Assembly (NCBI GenBank): GCA_022797115.1
Contig: JAAWKB010000003.1
Span: 3-64,002, forward strand
Source: Oscillospiraceae bacterium
GTDB lineage: Bacteria; Bacillota; Clostridia; Oscillospirales; Oscillospiraceae
DNA: 64,000 nucleotides
Direction of reading: 5' to 3'
Position 1 is the stretch's first letter. Each line of letters opens with the position of its first letter. Below are positions 26,914 through 34,706 of the stretch, in pieces. A program made the position numbers and the translations under genes. The notes beneath the pieces are model-generated. The model ran no database searches. It saw nothing but the letters and a program-made list of their open reading frames with translations, and was not told the DNA's origin.

Positions 26914-27447
26914 TTATTTGCGCAGGCGGAGGCGGCTGCGCTCCACCACCTTACAAAAGATCTCCCGTACTGCCCGGCACTCCGCCTCCCGGTCCTCCAT
27001 CTGCGCCTTGGGAAGAATCCAGGCCTGGTGTTCCGCGATAAACAGGTAGAAGGCCCTCCGGGTCTCCCGGACCCGCACCAGGCGGTCAAAGCCCAGCCGG
27101 GCCCGGTCCTTCCCCACAGTGACGCGTACGCCGAAGCCGTCGATCTCCGTCTCCTGGACATAGGAGGTCCGGCCGGAGCGGCGGACCTGGCTGCGGACCC
27201 GGGACAGGGTGGTGACGGCCAAGGCCAGTGCTGCCGCCGCTGCGGTCAGGACAGCTGCGGCAGCGGCCAAGCCGAGCCGGACCGGCAGCGGCGGCAGGGG
27301 CTCCGGCAGCAGCAGGTACATCCAGGCTACCAGCGCCCCCACCGCACCGAAGCCCAGAATCCCCCCTCGCCACTTGTCCAGCACCAGCATCAGCTGGAAC
27401 TGCTGCGTTTCCCGCAGGCCGATGGTAAAATCCCGGCGGTAAGACAT
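26914..27447 (-). CDS. YcxB-like membrane protein (hypothetical)
   Basis: Two central TM helices flanked by soluble segments; resembles the YcxB family layout. Function unknown. Confidence 0.55.
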   Translation of the reverse strand: MSYRRDFTIGLRETQQFQLMLVLDKWRGGILGFGAVGALVAWMYLLLPEPLPPLPVRLGLAAAAAVLTAAAAALALAVTTLSRVRSQVRRSGRTSYVQETEIDGFGVRVTVGKDRARLGFDRLVRVRETRRAFYLFIAEHQAWILPKAQMEDREAECRAVREIFCKVVERSRLRLRK

Positions 27448-27473
27448 GGGAACTCCTCCTTTCCTCCCGTCTG

Positions 27474-28427
27474 TCAGCGGCAGACGAAGCTGAACCAGCC
27501 CTCGGACTGTCCGGCCTCCTCGATGGAAAAGCCGCTGTCCTCCAGGGCGGCGCGGACCTCATCCCCCCGTTCGTCAATGATGCCGGAGCAGATCAGGCAG
27601 CCCCCCGCTCCCAGCAGGCCCCGCACGGCGGGGGCCAGGGCAATGATAACGTCGGAGACGATATTTGCCAGTACGATATCGTAGCCGCCGCCCATCTCCC
27701 GCCGCAGCGCCTCGTCGTGAAGCACGTCCCCGGCGCGGACGGTGTAGATGTCCCGGCCCACGCCGTTAAGGGCGGCGTTCTCGTAGGCGATATCCACCGC
27801 CTTTTCGTCAATATCACAGGCAAACGCCCGCTCCGCCCCCAGCAGCAGGGCAGCGACAGACAGGATTCCGCTGCCGCACCCCAGATCCAGTACCTGCATC
27901 CCGGGCCGGACGCGCTTCTCCAGGGCGGCCAGGCAGAGGCGGGTGGTGGCATGGCTGCCGGTGCCGAAGGCCAGGCCCGGGTTGAGCCGCAGGGCAACCC
28001 GGCCATGGGGGTCGGCTTCCTCCCAGTCCGGGATCACCATCAGCCGCTCCCCGATCTCCATCGGCTTGTAGAACGCCTTCCAGTTGTTCTCCCAGTCCTC
28101 GTCCTCCAGCCCGTCCACCGTCATCAGCAGGGGGGCGCATTCCGGGTGATCCTTCTTCAGCTCCGCCATGGCGATGCGCACAGCCGCCGCCTGGGCGAAC
28201 CCCGGTTCATTCTCCTCCACATAGAAGGTGACGCGGCACTTGCCGGCCATGGAGCGGTCCAGCTCCTCGTCCACATAGTCCCAGTACTGCCGGTTCTGCT
28301 CCAGAAACCGCCGGAAGCCGGCCTCGTCTTCAATGACAAAGCTGTCGATGCCCAGCCCGCTGAGCATGGTTTCCACCGGCTCCAGTCCGGCAGGGGAGGT
28401 GTCAATGTGCAGGGCAAGCCATTTCAT
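27474..28427 (-). CDS. prmA: ribosomal protein L11 methyltransferase
   Basis: MKWLALHI start (28427; upstream ATG at 28448 also possible); SAM motif VLDLGCGSGILS; ANI motif (LANIVSDV). Confidence 0.9.
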   Translation of the reverse strand: MKWLALHIDTSPAGLEPVETMLSGLGIDSFVIEDEAGFRRFLEQNRQYWDYVDEELDRSMAGKCRVTFYVEENEPGFAQAAAVRIAMAELKKDHPECAPLLMTVDGLEDEDWENNWKAFYKPMEIGERLMVIPDWEEADPHGRVALRLNPGLAFGTGSHATTRLCLAALEKRVRPGMQVLDLGCGSGILSVAALLLGAERAFACDIDEKAVDIAYENAALNGVGRDIYTVRAGDVLHDEALRREMGGGYDIVLANIVSDVIIALAPAVRGLLGAGGCLICSGIIDERGDEVRAALEDSGFSIEEAGQSEGWFSFVCR

Positions 28428-28611
28428 AAGTATATCCTCTTTTTCCAAATTTTTCTCTATAGGACCGCTTGGTTTGGTAGATATTTATTATAGCTGATCT
28501 CAGAGCAGAAAACAACGGCATTCTGCCGCATACAGGCTGTTTTTCGGAATTTGAACCGCTGTTTTCCCCTAGCGGCCCCACGGCGGGATTGCAAATTGGA
28601 CAAAAAGGACT

Positions 28612-28640
28612 TTGAAAAGCAGAACTATTGTTGTTATAAT
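28612..28640 (+). promoter_or_regulatory. candidate SigA promoter of the chemoreceptor gene
   Basis: TTGAAA (28612-28617), 17 nt spacer, TATAAT (28635-28640). Confidence 0.6.
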
Positions 28641-28675
28641 TTACTAATACCGGCTGTGGAACACCGTCATGAGAA

Positions 28676-30367
28676 ATGGAGGGGGCAAAGGTGAAAGAGA
28701 AGCGGTCTTTTCAGAAGGAGAAGAAAAACAAGCGCATCGGCAAAAAGGTGGGCAATATGGTTACGATCATGCTGGCGGTTTCAACCGCCGTGGTGGTCAC
28801 GATCTGCGTCCTGATGTTTGATGCCCTTGTGATGGAGGCGCTGGAGAACCAATGTATCAACGGCACCAATGTGTTGGCCTATGAGATCAGCCGCCTGGAC
28901 GGCAGCGCGGACAAGACGGGGCTGCTGGACGGCTTGAAGAAGACCATGAGTATGGAATTCACCATTTTTGAGGGGGATACCCGCGCCTATACCACCGTCC
29001 TCCAGGGCGGCCAGCGGGCCGTGGGCACCCGGCTGTCGGCGGAGCTTTCAAAGATTGTGCTCCAGCAGGGGCAGTCCTATGTGGGCCGGGCGGAGATCCT
29101 GGGCGCGGAGCATGTGTGCTCCTATGTGCCTACCTACGGCGAAAACGGGCAGGTAAATGGCCTGATCTTCGCCGGGCTTTCCACCGCTGCCACTGTCAGA
29201 CACGTCTTTTTTGTGATCCTCCTATCAGCGGCCGCCACCCTGCTGGCGATTGTCATCTGCGTCTGCCTCTTGACCGTCTACTTAAAGAAGAATGTTTCCA
29301 TCCCCCTGGGTGAAATCACCCGGATTGCCCGGCAGCTGGAACAGGGAGAGCTGGGCTTAGCCAGCGGGAAGGAAATCAAGATCAACATCCAATCTGATGA
29401 CGAGGTGGGCATACTGGGCGGGGCCTTTGCGGCGATTATCCACCGTCTGCGCGCCTATATTGGCGAGATTGACGAGATGCTGGGCGCTATTTCCAAAGGC
29501 GATCTGACCCGCAGCACCAGACAGGACTATGTGGGGGATTTTGCGTCCATCAAGAAATCCCTGGACGGCATTGAGGCGACGCTGAACGATACCCTGACCC
29601 AGATCGCCCAGAGCTCCAGCCAGGTGTCTGCCGGGGCGGACCAGCTCTCCGCCAGCGCCCAGGCCCTGGCCCAGGGGGCCGCGGAGCAGGCCAGCACTGT
29701 GGAGAGGCTGTCCGCAGCCCTCACAGGGATCTCCGGGAGCGCGAAGAATACTGCGTCAGCCGCCGGGGAGGCCGGCCGGTCCGCCGGCCAGGCGGGGGAG
29801 CAGATGGAGGTCAGCGTCGGGTATGTCAAGGAGCTGAATGTGGCGATGGAGCGGATTTCCTCATCGTCAGAGGAGATCGGCAAGATCATCACCTCCATTG
29901 AGACCATCGCGTTCCAGACGAATATATTGGCCTTGAACGCCGCGGTAGAGGCCGCCCGGGCCGGTACCGCCGGCAAGGGCTTCGCCGTTGTGGCGGACGA
30001 GGTGCGCAATCTGGCCATCAAGGCAGACGAGGCCGCCAAGGCGACCAAGGGGCTGATTGACCACTCCCTGGAGGCCATCCGGGAGGGCGGCGAGGTGGCG
30101 GAAAAGGTGACTGCATCCCTGGAGCAAACCAGCGAGACCAACAACAGGATGACTACCGTCATGGCCGCTGTGGTGGAGGATGTGGGCCACCAGACCTCCG
30201 CAATCATGCAGGTCACGGAGGGCATCGGCCAGATTTCGGCGGTCGTGCAGACAAACTCAGCCACCAGTGAGCAGTGCGCCGCCGCCAGCGAGGAGCTGAA
30301 CTCCCAGGCGATCCTGCTTCAGGAGCTTCTCAGCGCTTTCCATTTAAAGCAGGCCATCTACCGATAG
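28676..30367 (+). CDS. methyl-accepting chemotaxis protein
   Basis: Two TM helices around a periplasmic sensor region, a HAMP region, and the signalling hairpin [23 protein letters not shown] at 28691, behind ggaggggg, is an alternative start. Confidence 0.9.
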   Translation: MEGAKVKEKRSFQKEKKNKRIGKKVGNMVTIMLAVSTAVVVTICVLMFDALVMEALENQCINGTNVLAYEISRLDGSADKTGLLDGLKKTMSMEFTIFEGDTRAYTTVLQGGQRAVGTRLSAELSKIVLQQGQSYVGRAEILGAEHVCSYVPTYGENGQVNGLIFAGLSTAATVRHVFFVILLSAAATLLAIVICVCLLTVYLKKNVSIPLGEITRIARQLEQGELGLASGKEIKINIQSDDEVGILGGAFAAIIHRLRAYIGEIDEMLGAISKGDLTRSTRQDYVGDFASIKKSLDGIEATLNDTLTQIAQSSSQVSAGADQLSASAQALAQGAAEQASTVERLSAALTGISGSAKNTASAAGEAGRSAGQAGEQMEVSVGYVKELNVAMERISSSSEEIGKIITSIETIAFQTNILALNAAVEAARAGTAGKGFAVVADEVRNLAIKADEAAKATKGLIDHSLEAIREGGEVAEKVTASLEQTSETNNRMTTVMAAVVEDVGHQTSAIMQVTEGIGQISAVVQTNSATSEQCAAASEELNSQAILLQELLSAFHLKQAIYR

Positions 30368-30370
30368 GAC

Positions 30371-30424
30371 GGCTTTTTGACACGCTAAGAGCGGGACGGC
30401 CCCCCATGGGGGCCGTCCCGCTCT
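30371..30424 (+). repeat. CTTTTTGACAC motif plus GC hairpin (short form)
   Basis: ggctttttgacac (30371-30383), then the palindrome agagcgggacggcccc...ggggccgtcccgctct (30388-30424). Confidence 0.6.
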
Positions 30425-30443
30425 GCCTAGCTCATTTGGCAAC

Positions 30444-31016
30444 TTAATCGTCATCGTCCTCCGGCTCGTCCGACTGGAGCAGGAACTCCGTCAGGGCCTT
30501 GGATAGGGTGGATAAAATCGCGGAGGTTGTCACCAGGCTGCCGCCGTCCTCCGGGAGCAGGCTGCTGCCTGTCAGAACAGCGCCGCCGCCCTGGAGGGGG
30601 ATGCGGCGGAGGAGGCTGATGGAGCTGCGGTACTGCCGGACAAACTCCGTATAGAGCTGCCGGACTGCCTCCTCGCTGTGGTCCTCGGGCAGCATCCGCT
30701 GGATGCAGGAGATGCTCAAGCTCCGCTTGAGGGTGCAGATCATCACCAGATAGGCGATATGCACCCGGGAGTATTTCTTTTTCACCGGCGGCGGGATGAC
30801 CTTCATGCGCACATAGTTGTTGATAATGCTGGCGGTGATGGTCCGCTCGTCTGCCCCGCGGTCCAGGGGGGCGAGATAGCGGGTCAGAAGGAGGATCACC
30901 TGGTCCATATACAAATCCAGCTGCGGCAGGTTGTCCCAGTCCGGCAGGTCAAACTGCCCCAGGTCCTCCATCCACTGGGTCAGGCGCTGGATGATGGTCT
31001 CTTTTTCGTTGTACAT
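30444..31016 (-). CDS. DUF1836 domain-containing protein
   Basis: ORF 30444..31091. Start set at MYNEKE (31016). LDLYMDQVILLL...TASIINNYVRMKVIPPPVKKKYSRVHIAYL is typical of DUF1836. Confidence 0.75.
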   Translation of the reverse strand: MYNEKETIIQRLTQWMEDLGQFDLPDWDNLPQLDLYMDQVILLLTRYLAPLDRGADERTITASIINNYVRMKVIPPPVKKKYSRVHIAYLVMICTLKRSLSISCIQRMLPEDHSEEAVRQLYTEFVRQYRSSISLLRRIPLQGGGAVLTGSSLLPEDGGSLVTTSAILSTLSKALTEFLLQSDEPEDDDD

Positions 31017-31199
31017 AGCTGCCTCCTGCATTCGCGTGCTTCTTCTTCTGCCTATCAGTATAGATGATTTCCGTGAATAATGCAATATCAAACATCAAAA
31101 AATAATCCCGGCAACACACTTGACATATCATCGAAAACGATGTATAGTAATATTGTATATTAGATACGACGGTTACTGCAATCGTGAAAGGAGGCTGCT

Positions 31200-31844
31200 A
31201 TGGCAAGTCATACGATAAAACGGGCACAGACCCTGGGCGAGGAGCTGGCAAATACGATCTCCCACGGGACCGGCGCACTGCTGGCATTGGCGGGCGTTGT
31301 GCCGCTGATTGTGAAGGGGGCCGCCACCGGGTCGGCCAAGACGGTATTCAGCCTGGCGGCATACGGTTTAAGCCTGGTGCTGCTGTACACCGCGTCGGCA
31401 GTGTACCACGCGGCCCGCAGGCCGGAGCTGAAGCGTGTGCTGCGGATTATGGACCACTGCTCCATCTTTGTGCTGATTCTGGGGACCTATATCCCCATGT
31501 CCCTGCTGGTGGTCGGGGGGCAGACGGGGTGGATGCTGTTTCTGACCAATACCACGCTGGCAGTGATTGGCATCACCCTCAATGCGATTGACCTCAAACG
31601 CTTTGACAAGGTGTCCATGGCGCTGTATGCCCTGATGGGCTGGCTGATCGTGGTTGCCCTGCGGGCCATTGTCGAGGCGCTGCCGCCTTTGGGCCTTGGC
31701 CTGCTGGTGGCGGGCGGTGTGGCCTACACTGCCGGGATTTTCTTCTACAAATCCCAGAAGCACTATATGCACTTTGTCTGGCACCTGTTTGTGCTGGCGG
31801 GGAGTGTGCTGCAATACCTGTGCATCGCCTTATACTGTGTGTAG
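31200..31844 (+). CDS. hemolysin III / PAQR-family membrane protein
   Basis: EELANTISHGTGA; 7 TM helices; C-terminal HFVWHLFVLAGS (HxxxH). Confidence 0.88.
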   Translation: MASHTIKRAQTLGEELANTISHGTGALLALAGVVPLIVKGAATGSAKTVFSLAAYGLSLVLLYTASAVYHAARRPELKRVLRIMDHCSIFVLILGTYIPMSLLVVGGQTGWMLFLTNTTLAVIGITLNAIDLKRFDKVSMALYALMGWLIVVALRAIVEALPPLGLGLLVAGGVAYTAGIFFYKSQKHYMHFVWHLFVLAGSVLQYLCIALYCV

Positions 31845-31865
31845 TCCATCCGCAGGGAAGGAAGA

Positions 31866-31898
31866 GCCTCCCGGCTGCTGAGCAGCCGGGAGGCCTTT
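31866..31898 (+). terminator. rho-independent terminator after the hemolysin III gene
   Basis: gcctcccggctgc/tga/gcagccgggaggc (31866-31894) followed by cttta. Confidence 0.65.
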
Positions 31899-32091
31899 AT
31901 ATGTCAAAAAAGCGGCGCCGCCGCTTTTTTGAGTGGGGTTTCACTTCGCTGTGCGCCGCACTGTGCGCCAAAGGCACACAGTTCGACGCTCGCTCCGCGC
32001 AAAGTGTTTTTCCCACGTACACGCCGCGGGAAAAACGATTTGAGTTTATTTCGCGCCTGCGGGCGCGAAACTCCTGCGGAGGGCTTTTTTG
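31899..32091 (-). repeat. mosaic hairpin repeat, copy B (long form, inverted relative to copy A)
   Basis: rc carries caaaaaagccctccgcaggagtt (32091-32069), hairpins 32049-32070 and 32006-32036, an A6-stem-T6 hairpin (31905-31931) and cttttttgacat (31912-31901). Confidence 0.7.
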
Positions 32092-32100
32092 ATGCGCTGT

Positions 32101-32250
32101 TTACTCCAGATCCCAGGATATATAGATTTCCTCTGCCGCACACTGGGCCGCTTTCAATATATCCTCCGCGCTGCTGATATTTTTTCTCTCCAATTGTTCC
32201 AACGCATCCGTGATGGCGTTGAATAATGTTGAATACATTTTTTGGTACAT
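32101..32250 (-). CDS. small helical hypothetical protein (49 aa), below the ORF-track size cutoff
   Basis: My translation: MYQKMYSTLFNAITDALEQLERKNISSAEDILKAAQCAAEEIYISWDLE. Collinear weak similarity to the 34202..34393 product (YQK.Y..L....A...LE......AEE.YI.S); divergent from XRE 32382. Confidence 0.5.
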   Translation of the reverse strand: MYQKMYSTLFNAITDALEQLERKNISSAEDILKAAQCAAEEIYISWDLE

Positions 32251-32381
32251 CGCAATTCTCCTATCATAAGATGTTTTTCGATTATAAGACGAGTACGGTA
32301 TGCAGTACGTCGTATTTCGACCCTTTTATCTGTTTATCGAACATAAAACTTCTATATAGTATAGATATAGAGGTGATATGT

Positions 32382-32708
32382 ATGGGGCTGGACTATGAAT
32401 TGATCGGAAAGCGGATTGCCAAGAGACGGCGGCAATTGAGGATGAAGCAGTATGAAGTGGAGGAAAAAGCCGATATCGGCTATAAATATCTGACCAATAT
32501 AGAGCGTGCGATTTCGATCCCCTCTACAGAGGTCATTATGCGCCTTGCCATTGCCCTGGAGACCACACCGGACGAGTTTCTGGTGGGCACTGCCCGGCTG
32601 GAGAAGGAAGAATGGCGCAATATAGCAGAATTGCTGCGGAGTATGGATGAAAAGCAGCTGGCGCTTGCCCAAAGCCTGCTCACATGGATTTTAGAGCAAG
32701 AACTCTAA
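32382..32708 (+). CDS. XRE-family HTH regulator, 108 aa (paralogue 1, AT-richer)
   Basis: ORF 32226..32708. Start set at MGLDYELIGKRIAKRRRQL (ATG 32382 behind agaggtga); HTH KQYEVEEKADIGYKYLTNIERAISIPSTEVIMRLA. Confidence 0.85.
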   Translation: MGLDYELIGKRIAKRRRQLRMKQYEVEEKADIGYKYLTNIERAISIPSTEVIMRLAIALETTPDEFLVGTARLEKEEWRNIAELLRSMDEKQLALAQSLLTWILEQEL

Positions 32709-32849
32709 AATAGAACTACATAGGATTGCTGCTACAAGATGATTTTTCAATTATAAAGTCGATTTGTAAAGCTGTCAAGCTGTTTTTAGGCTTATAACAC
32801 CTTTTAACATACGCGCTCCTTCCATATGCTAAACCCATGGAGGTGCATC

Positions 32850-33176
32850 ATGGGTTTGGATTATCAGATGATTGGAAAACGGATTGCCAAGCGGCGGAAA
32901 AAGCTGGGCCTCAAGCAGCATAAGGTGGAAGAACGGGCTGATATCGGGTATGGGTATCTGAGCAGCATTGAGCGGGCCGTCTCCATCCCCTCCACGGAGG
33001 TCATCATGCGCCTTGCCATCGCCCTGGAGACCACACCGGACGAGTTCCTGGTGGGCACTGCCCGGCAGGAGGGGGAGGAATGGCGCAACGTGGCGGAGCT
33101 GCTGCGGAGCATGGACGGGAAACAGCTGGCCCTGGCAAAAAGCTTTCTCACATGGCTCTCTGAGCAGGCGCTGTGA
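32850..33176 (+). CDS. XRE-family HTH regulator, 108 aa (paralogue 2, GC-richer)
   Basis: ORF 32826..33176. Start set at MGLDYQMIGK (ATG 32850 behind ggaggtg); 86/108 residues identical to paralogue 1. Confidence 0.85.
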   Translation: MGLDYQMIGKRIAKRRKKLGLKQHKVEERADIGYGYLSSIERAVSIPSTEVIMRLAIALETTPDEFLVGTARQEGEEWRNVAELLRSMDGKQLALAKSFLTWLSEQAL

Positions 33177-33302
33177 GGCATTGGACAGGCCCTGGGACGG
33201 TTTTCCTGTCGAAAAAATAAAAAATCCGCCCCAATCCCTTTTGTTGGCGGTCTCTCTGCCGATATAAAAAGCAGAGAGACCTTGTGATAGGGAGGGCGTG
33301 GG

Positions 33303-34031
33303 ATGCAGGATATGAGCGTGCAGGGCGTGGCAGCGGTGCAGCAGAACAGGACGATAGAGCAGCAGCCCCCTGCCGGGACAACGGAAGAAACCAAGCCGGC
33401 GCCGCCGGTACAGGAGCCAGAGGAAGGGAAAACCCTCGTGGACATGATCCAGGAGGCCCAGGAGAAGGCGAAAAACCAGCGGGAAAGCATGAAACTGGCA
33501 AAAGGCAATACCCGCTATGGGGACGCCCCCCTGGAGGCATACGCCCGTCTGGCCCGCGCCAGGACCGGTGCGGAGGTGAATATGGCCTCCGGGTTTGCCC
33601 GGCGGCGGATTGCCCAGTTCAAAACCTCGCTCCGCGTGGACAGCGAGAATGCGGCCCGGATTAAAAGCGCGATCAGCCAGCTGCAAAAGGCGGTCAGCCG
33701 TGGGGAGAAGAAGAAGCGGGAGCTGGTCCGGGAAAAGCTGGAGGAGCGGCGGAAGAAGCGGTCGGAGGCGGCAGAGGAGCGCATGAAGCAGGAGCTGCGC
33801 CGCCGCCGCACCCAGCGGATGATCCGGGAGGCCGGCTATCTGCGGGAGGCGAAGGTCGCTGACCGGCTCAGCACCCAGCTGACTGCGGCGCAGGTGGAGC
33901 TGCGCCAGCAGGCGCAGGACCTTGCTGCGGAAAGCACGGTGTCGCTGGAATGCGCCGTGCAGCAGTATACAGAGACGGCCGCCGCCCCGGCGGCGGCAGC
34001 TGTGGCGCCGGCCATCAGCGTGCAGGGTTAG
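33303..34031 (+). CDS. hypothetical highly charged coiled-coil protein
   Basis: ATG with RBS gggaggg; long K/R/E-rich helical stretch (GEKKKRELVREKLEERRKKRSEAAEERMKQELRRRRTQRMIRE); no family recognised. Confidence 0.6.
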   Translation: MQDMSVQGVAAVQQNRTIEQQPPAGTTEETKPAPPVQEPEEGKTLVDMIQEAQEKAKNQRESMKLAKGNTRYGDAPLEAYARLARARTGAEVNMASGFARRRIAQFKTSLRVDSENAARIKSAISQLQKAVSRGEKKKRELVREKLEERRKKRSEAAEERMKQELRRRRTQRMIREAGYLREAKVADRLSTQLTAAQVELRQQAQDLAAESTVSLECAVQQYTETAAAPAAAAVAPAISVQG

Positions 34032-34086
34032 GATGCAGAAGGGCCCCGCCGCCGCCCGGCAGAGCGGAGACGGAGCCCGTTTGTAG

Positions 34087-34128
34087 GAAATACGGAGAGC
34101 GGGGAGCCGCTGTTCGTATTTCTTTTTT
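34087..34128 (+). terminator. rho-independent terminator
   Basis: gaaatacg...cgtatttc stem with inner agcgg/ccgct pairing, followed by tttttt. Confidence 0.7.
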
Positions 34129-34201
34129 CTTGTCGCCTGGCAGTTTCCAGGGCTACGTGTCAGTTTGTCTCCGTGCCTGCTCATATCCAGTCCTCATTCG
34201 C

Positions 34202-34393
34202 TCACTCTTCTTTCGATTCTGGCCCGGATATAGACCCGGATGTGATATAATGTTCCTCCGCCTCATGCAGGGCGGACAGGAGCAGCTCGCCGGCTTTCCG
34301 GACAACAAGGTCGCCGGGTTCAAACTGCTCCAGAATGGAGATCGCCCGGTCGACCTGGCCTACAAGGCTCGCGTATTCTTTTTGGTAATCCAT
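34202..34393 (-). CDS. small helical hypothetical protein (63 aa)
   Basis: MDYQKEYASLVGQVDRAISILEQ...; RBS ggaggaaatacc upstream; paralogue of the 32101..32250 product. Confidence 0.55.
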   Translation of the reverse strand: MDYQKEYASLVGQVDRAISILEQFEPGDLVVRKAGELLLSALHEAEEHYITSGSISGPESKEE

Positions 34394-34628
34394 GGTATTT
34401 CCTCCAATATATACCGCCCAGTTTAGAATGGGGCAGATGTAGTGAGGCAGACAGCTTGACGCCGGGGTGGCGTCAGACAGTTCGCCCGTTCCTGTGGCAG
34501 ATCGTGCCGGACTTTGGAGAAATCGGGCGGTGGCTGTCGCTCTCTGTCGCCTAGTATAGCCGCAGGCAGGGGTAAAGTTTGCCGGAATTTGTCGAATGAC
34601 AAAAATTTTCTTATTTTGGAAACACTAC

Positions 34629-34657
34629 TTGCGGGATATTACCCCCGGCTGTATAAT
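34629..34657 (+). promoter_or_regulatory. candidate SigA promoter of the MFS-GH2 gene
   Basis: TTGCGG (34629-34634), 17 nt spacer, TATAAT (34652-34657), 50 nt upstream of ATG 34707. Confidence 0.6.
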
Positions 34658-34706
34658 CAATATGTTGTGGTTTTCACCTATTTCCGGGAAAAGGAGGACG
34701 CTTCTG

